In this document: piece after piece, positions 7,738 to 10,714 of the stretch
Layout of the letters: each line of letters begins with the position of its first letter
Position numbering within the stretch: position 1 is the stretch's first letter
NCBI GenBank assembly: GCA_036679605.1
Contig: JAZDCZ010000353.1
Span: 1-10,714 of the forward strand
Length of the DNA stretch: 10,714 nucleotides
Direction of reading: 5' to 3'
Source: Gemmatimonadota bacterium
GTDB lineage: Bacteria > Gemmatimonadota > Gemmatimonadetes > Gemmatimonadales > GWC2-71-9
The notes under the pieces: model-generated
Seen by the model: the letters and a program-made list of their open reading frames with translations, nothing else
Told to the model about the DNA's origin: nothing
The model's database searches: none
Translations under genes and position numbers: made by a program

Positions 7738-8028
7738 TCACTCTTTCTTACTGGCGCGGCGGGATTCCCCCCATGCGCTCAGTCCACCGTCCATTTTGTT
7801 AAAAACCCAAACAACAAAACCCCATTCTAAGATCGATAACACAACAGCGATCAGGCCGTCGTGGTAAACCGATGCATTGCCCAACTCAAGAAACCGAACG
7901 ACGCCGGGTGACACATCGAACAAAAAGTCTATCGTTACGTTTCCCGCCCCAACGAAGAACTGCCAGGCGTCTCTCAGCAAAAGCCAGCAATCGGAAATCG
8001 TAAAGTTGCCATCGCCATTTCTGTCCAT
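7738..8028 (-). CDS. Small membrane protein with N-terminal EF-hand-like loop (~96 aa)
   Basis: Begins MDRNGDGNFTISD, a 12-residue DxNxDGxhTxxD loop, and has a hydrophobic segment LIAVVLSILEWGFVVWVF. ATG 8028 is preceded by AGGTGG; alternative start GTG 8034. Confidence 0.68.
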   Translation of the reverse strand: MDRNGDGNFTISDCWLLLRDAWQFFVGAGNVTIDFLFDVSPGVVRFLELGNASVYHDGLIAVVLSILEWGFVVWVFNKMDGGLSAWGESRRASKKE

Positions 8029-8091
8029 ACCCACCTAGCCTGATATCCGGCAACCGGCCCGGGAATCGCCGTATCACTCCAACTAGTTTCA

Positions 8092-8193
8092 GACAACGCT
8101 GTCCGTGATTCTTGTGTTCCTTTGGACACGTCTCAGACCCTGAATGAGTCTATTGAAGAGCGCTACAACTCGCCGCGCCTACACTCATCGCTG
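8092..8193 (+). pseudogene. Degenerate fragment of an IS3-family transposase C-terminus
   Basis: One frame reads DNAVRDS...ESIEERYNSPRLHSSL. This resembles the IS3 motifs DNAxAESFF and YIExFYNxxRLHSSLGY, but they are closer together than usual and the catalytic Glu motif is decayed. Confidence 0.55.
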
Positions 8194-8378
8194 TGGCCTT
8201 GGAAACACCGCTCGACAGCGCGATCCATCGCCCCGTATGCGTCAGCCAATCTGCGAGCTAATTCCGCACCGCCCACGCTCACATCCTTACCGGCCCAGAA
8301 CTGCTGAAGAGCGTAGGCCTCGCGGTCGATAGCGTGAAGCAGGCTCGGCAGGTCGCGGTCTTGTTCGCTGTTGGCCAT
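8163..8378 (-). CDS. Possible small hypothetical protein (71 aa)
   Basis: Amphipathic-helix-like sequence, same strand as its neighbours. No SD seen, and its 3' end overlaps the IS3 relic. Confidence 0.35.
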   Translation of the reverse strand: MANSEQDRDLPSLLHAIDREAYALQQFWAGKDVSVGGAELARRLADAYGAMDRAVERCFQGHSDECRRGEL

Positions 8379-8527
8379 ACCGCTGTACTACCAGCAGCGC
8401 CACGGTGCGTCCACGAAACCGTCACTGACAGGCAATTCTAGCCCCTAGAAGCCCGCCTATATTGCGGTTCTTACGCGGACAAAACAGGGTACCTGGTAGG
8501 TAGGGGCCAGGAACGAGTCACGGACGC

Positions 8528-9577
8528 TTACGAACTCACATCAATGACACTGCACTCCTTAACCTCGGGGCCTGAAAGATCGAGCGCAAGTAGCAGTGTA
8601 AGGCTCACCTGAGCCGAGTCTTCAGCCATCAGATAGTGATCGTTCCAGTCGTGGTCAGTGACAACCGGCGTATGGTTGTCATCCATACCCCAATAGTCCG
8701 GCTTGAAGATGAACACGTCGAAGCGTGCTCGAACTTCTGCGGACACGGACACCAGTACATTTCCCGGGGCAGTCAGGCGAACACTGCTGACATCGACAGA
8801 GTTCACGGTCTCTACCTCCACCATATGGCACGTCTCGTACTCTTCCGGAAATCCAAGGTCCGCTGAGACGAACTCCTGTCCCGCTACGTGCACCACGAAC
8901 TGTTGAGTGAGCCATGTTCCAAGGTCGAAATTCGGGAGGTTGCCCGCCGCAAGCTGCCCCTGAATGGCCGCTGGCGGACTCAAGAGTTGCTTGAGATGAT
9001 TCTCGTACACCGATCCAAGACTGCGTTCACAGGTGACTGCATTTGGCCCTAGCCCGCACTGCTCCAACGAAGCAATGAGATCCGGATGGAGCCTCGCCTT
9101 GCCGCCGGTAAAGTCCTTCGTATTAGCCGAAACGAAAATGATCGGGACTTGCTGTCTCTTCGCCAATTCAACGACAGTGTGCCAGATGAGAGCGTCTCGG
9201 TAGCCGCGGCCGCCGCTAAACGGCTTTCTATCGCCCAGGTCTTGCTGCATCAAAACTTTGTGTTTCACTTCTGGGAGATCTAGAATGCGCCCGTTTAGCT
9301 GGTTCAGGCGCTGCCTCAACTCATTCTCGTAGTTGTCTCGCCCAGTTTCTTCATCGACTCGCGATAGGTCGACCGTAACGATCGGGGCAAATTTCTTAAG
9401 CGCTCCAACTTCAGCATTAAACTTACGCGCTTGCCTTATGAAGTGCCGGCGTGTTTCCTCGACGACGACCCTAGGAATTGCGACCTCCCATCCGCATTTG
9501 ACGACGGCCTTGAACTCGGACGCCTTCAGGAAAGGATCTTGGTATAGATGTGTCGTATCCAGCACCACGAGCCTCAT
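8528..9577 (-). CDS. PIN domain protein (DUF4935-like) with acidic beta-rich C-terminal domain (349 aa)
   Basis: PIN acidic tetrad context: VVLDTT, IPRVVVEE, RKPF..GRGYRDALIW, IIFVSANTKDF. GGGAG SD upstream. Confidence 0.85.
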   Translation of the reverse strand: MRLVVLDTTHLYQDPFLKASEFKAVVKCGWEVAIPRVVVEETRRHFIRQARKFNAEVGALKKFAPIVTVDLSRVDEETGRDNYENELRQRLNQLNGRILDLPEVKHKVLMQQDLGDRKPFSGGRGYRDALIWHTVVELAKRQQVPIIFVSANTKDFTGGKARLHPDLIASLEQCGLGPNAVTCERSLGSVYENHLKQLLSPPAAIQGQLAAGNLPNFDLGTWLTQQFVVHVAGQEFVSADLGFPEEYETCHMVEVETVNSVDVSSVRLTAPGNVLVSVSAEVRARFDVFIFKPDYWGMDDNHTPVVTDHDWNDHYLMAEDSAQVSLTLLLALDLSGPEVKECSVIDVSS

Positions 9578-9830
9578 AGTTCGCTCCCAATCCCCGCTCC
9601 TGGCACAGTGTCGATCCGCCCCATTGCGCCCGAAATGCAGGATAGGCAGGACAGCACTTGTAAGCCTCCAGCACGCGGTGGACCGAACCTTGCAAAACGG
9701 ATCCTTAGTCGAATACGACTCATTGAGCTAATTCCAAGCGGATGGCCGCGCGTTTTTCCTCCGCGTTATGGGAGCTTGTCGCTGGTCAACAGATCGACGA
9801 GGCGCTAGCGACCAACTGTGGCGTCCCGCT

Positions 9831-10649
9831 ATGTGTTCTACCCACACATGCATCTACTGCAAGCAATCGCGTCCCATTAGTGAGTTTAACCGTGAGCACG
9901 TAGTCCCGGACTCATTCGGCACGTACGACAACGCGCTGATCATTCGTTGTGTTTGCACTGATTGCAACGAGAGGCTCGGTCGCGAGACGGACTTGGTCCT
10001 TGCCAGGGGCTCGATTGAGGGCGCGATGCGATACGGGCAAGAAGATCTCATGGGTGGCACCCACCCCAGACGTAGTGCCACCCTGCGACGTCGAGTCCTT
10101 GTAACACTCCCCGGTATCCCGGGTTGGGAGGGCGTCCGTTTCGAACTTGCAGTGCGGCCAGGCAGTGACGCGCGCATACACGTTCCACCGCAAATCGGGC
10201 TCCGTTCGCGAGAAACGGGTGAACTTGTCTACTTCTTACTCGATGAACTCGAGTCCGAAGCGCTGGATCTCGACGCCTTTGATCTGTCAGGTACAGGCTC
10301 GATCCACATCCGCTGTGATTCGGAGAAGGGCGAGAAGGGCGCAAAGGAAGTGCTTGCAAAACTACGTATTCCTTTCGTTCCGGAAGGAAAGATCGGACCG
10401 CCAGCCGATCTAGAGTTAACATTCCGTTACGATGCTCCCTACGATACTCCGATTCGTAGAGCTATCGCTAAGATCGCGTTCAACCATTTGGCTCACGAAA
10501 TGGGCGCCGAGTTCACGCTGAAGGACTGCTTTGACGAGGTTCGTTCGTTCATAGCGCACGGCGTCGAACAGATTGGGTTCGTAAGTAGCACTCGACGAGA
10601 TGTTGATTCTCACAACCATTCCCCCCTTGCAGGCCTGAATTTCTCATAA
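9831..10649 (+). CDS. HNH endonuclease domain protein (HNH_5-like, zinc-binding), probably 3'-truncated
   Basis: CIYC...REHVVPDSFG...VCTDCNERLG at the N-terminus and RAIAKIAFNHL...FDEVRSFI later. Start placed at ATG 9831, just before the domain (track: 9768). The last 15 residues and the stop are encoded by the repeat array starting at 10601. Confidence 0.82.
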   Translation: MCSTHTCIYCKQSRPISEFNREHVVPDSFGTYDNALIIRCVCTDCNERLGRETDLVLARGSIEGAMRYGQEDLMGGTHPRRSATLRRRVLVTLPGIPGWEGVRFELAVRPGSDARIHVPPQIGLRSRETGELVYFLLDELESEALDLDAFDLSGTGSIHIRCDSEKGEKGAKEVLAKLRIPFVPEGKIGPPADLELTFRYDAPYDTPIRRAIAKIAFNHLAHEMGAEFTLKDCFDEVRSFIAHGVEQIGFVSSTRRDVDSHNHSPLAGLNFS

Positions 10650-10714
10650 TCATTCCCCCCCTGCGGGCGGGGTTTCTCAATATCATTCCCCCCTGCGGTC
10701 GTAGCCGCGATGGG
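10601..10714. mobile_element. Probable terminus of a transposon (IS21-family or Mu/Tn7-like) extending beyond the window
   Basis: Starts with TGT (10601), followed by three evenly spaced direct repeats, the layout of multi-site transposase-binding ends. No transposase is visible in the window. Confidence 0.55.
10607..10700 (+). repeat. Three direct repeats TTCTCA-N4-CATTCCCCCC(Y)TGCRG, period 34/33 bp
   Basis: TTCTCACAACCATTCCCCCCTTGCAGGC (10607-10634), TTCTCATAATCATTCCCCCCCTGCGGGC (10641-10668), TTCTCAATATCATTCCCCCCTGCGGTC (10674-10700). Confidence 0.92.

Noticed and set aside
10607..10700. CRISPR array
   Set aside because: Only 5-6 bp separate the repeats, the repeats vary internally, and no cas genes are visible; a transposon end fits better.

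Overview
GC-rich accessory region dense in mobile DNA. (1) Two unrelated-in-sequence but same-family DDE 'integrase core' (IS481/IS3-superfamily-like) insertion sequences (<1-1093, and 5728-6856 with clear terminal inverted repeats) bracket a tightly packed three-gene operon. (2) The operon encodes a CHASE2 membrane sensor with no cytoplasmic output domain, a small exported protein ending in an ATRG-containing tail, and an exported M48 zinc metallopeptidase with a helical/TPR-like C-terminus. It is the best candidate here for an undescribed protease-ligand-receptor signalling module. (3) A structured non-coding element with ACAGGGAA repeats lies just upstream of the operon. (4) The right half has two or three minus-strand hypotheticals (one starting with an EF-hand-like loop), an IS3-family relic, a DUF4935-like PIN nuclease and a divergent HNH endonuclease. 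The HNH gene appears cut off by the end of another transposon (TGT plus three ~27-bp direct repeats) at the window edge. Family calls come from motif recognition by eye; no searches were run.
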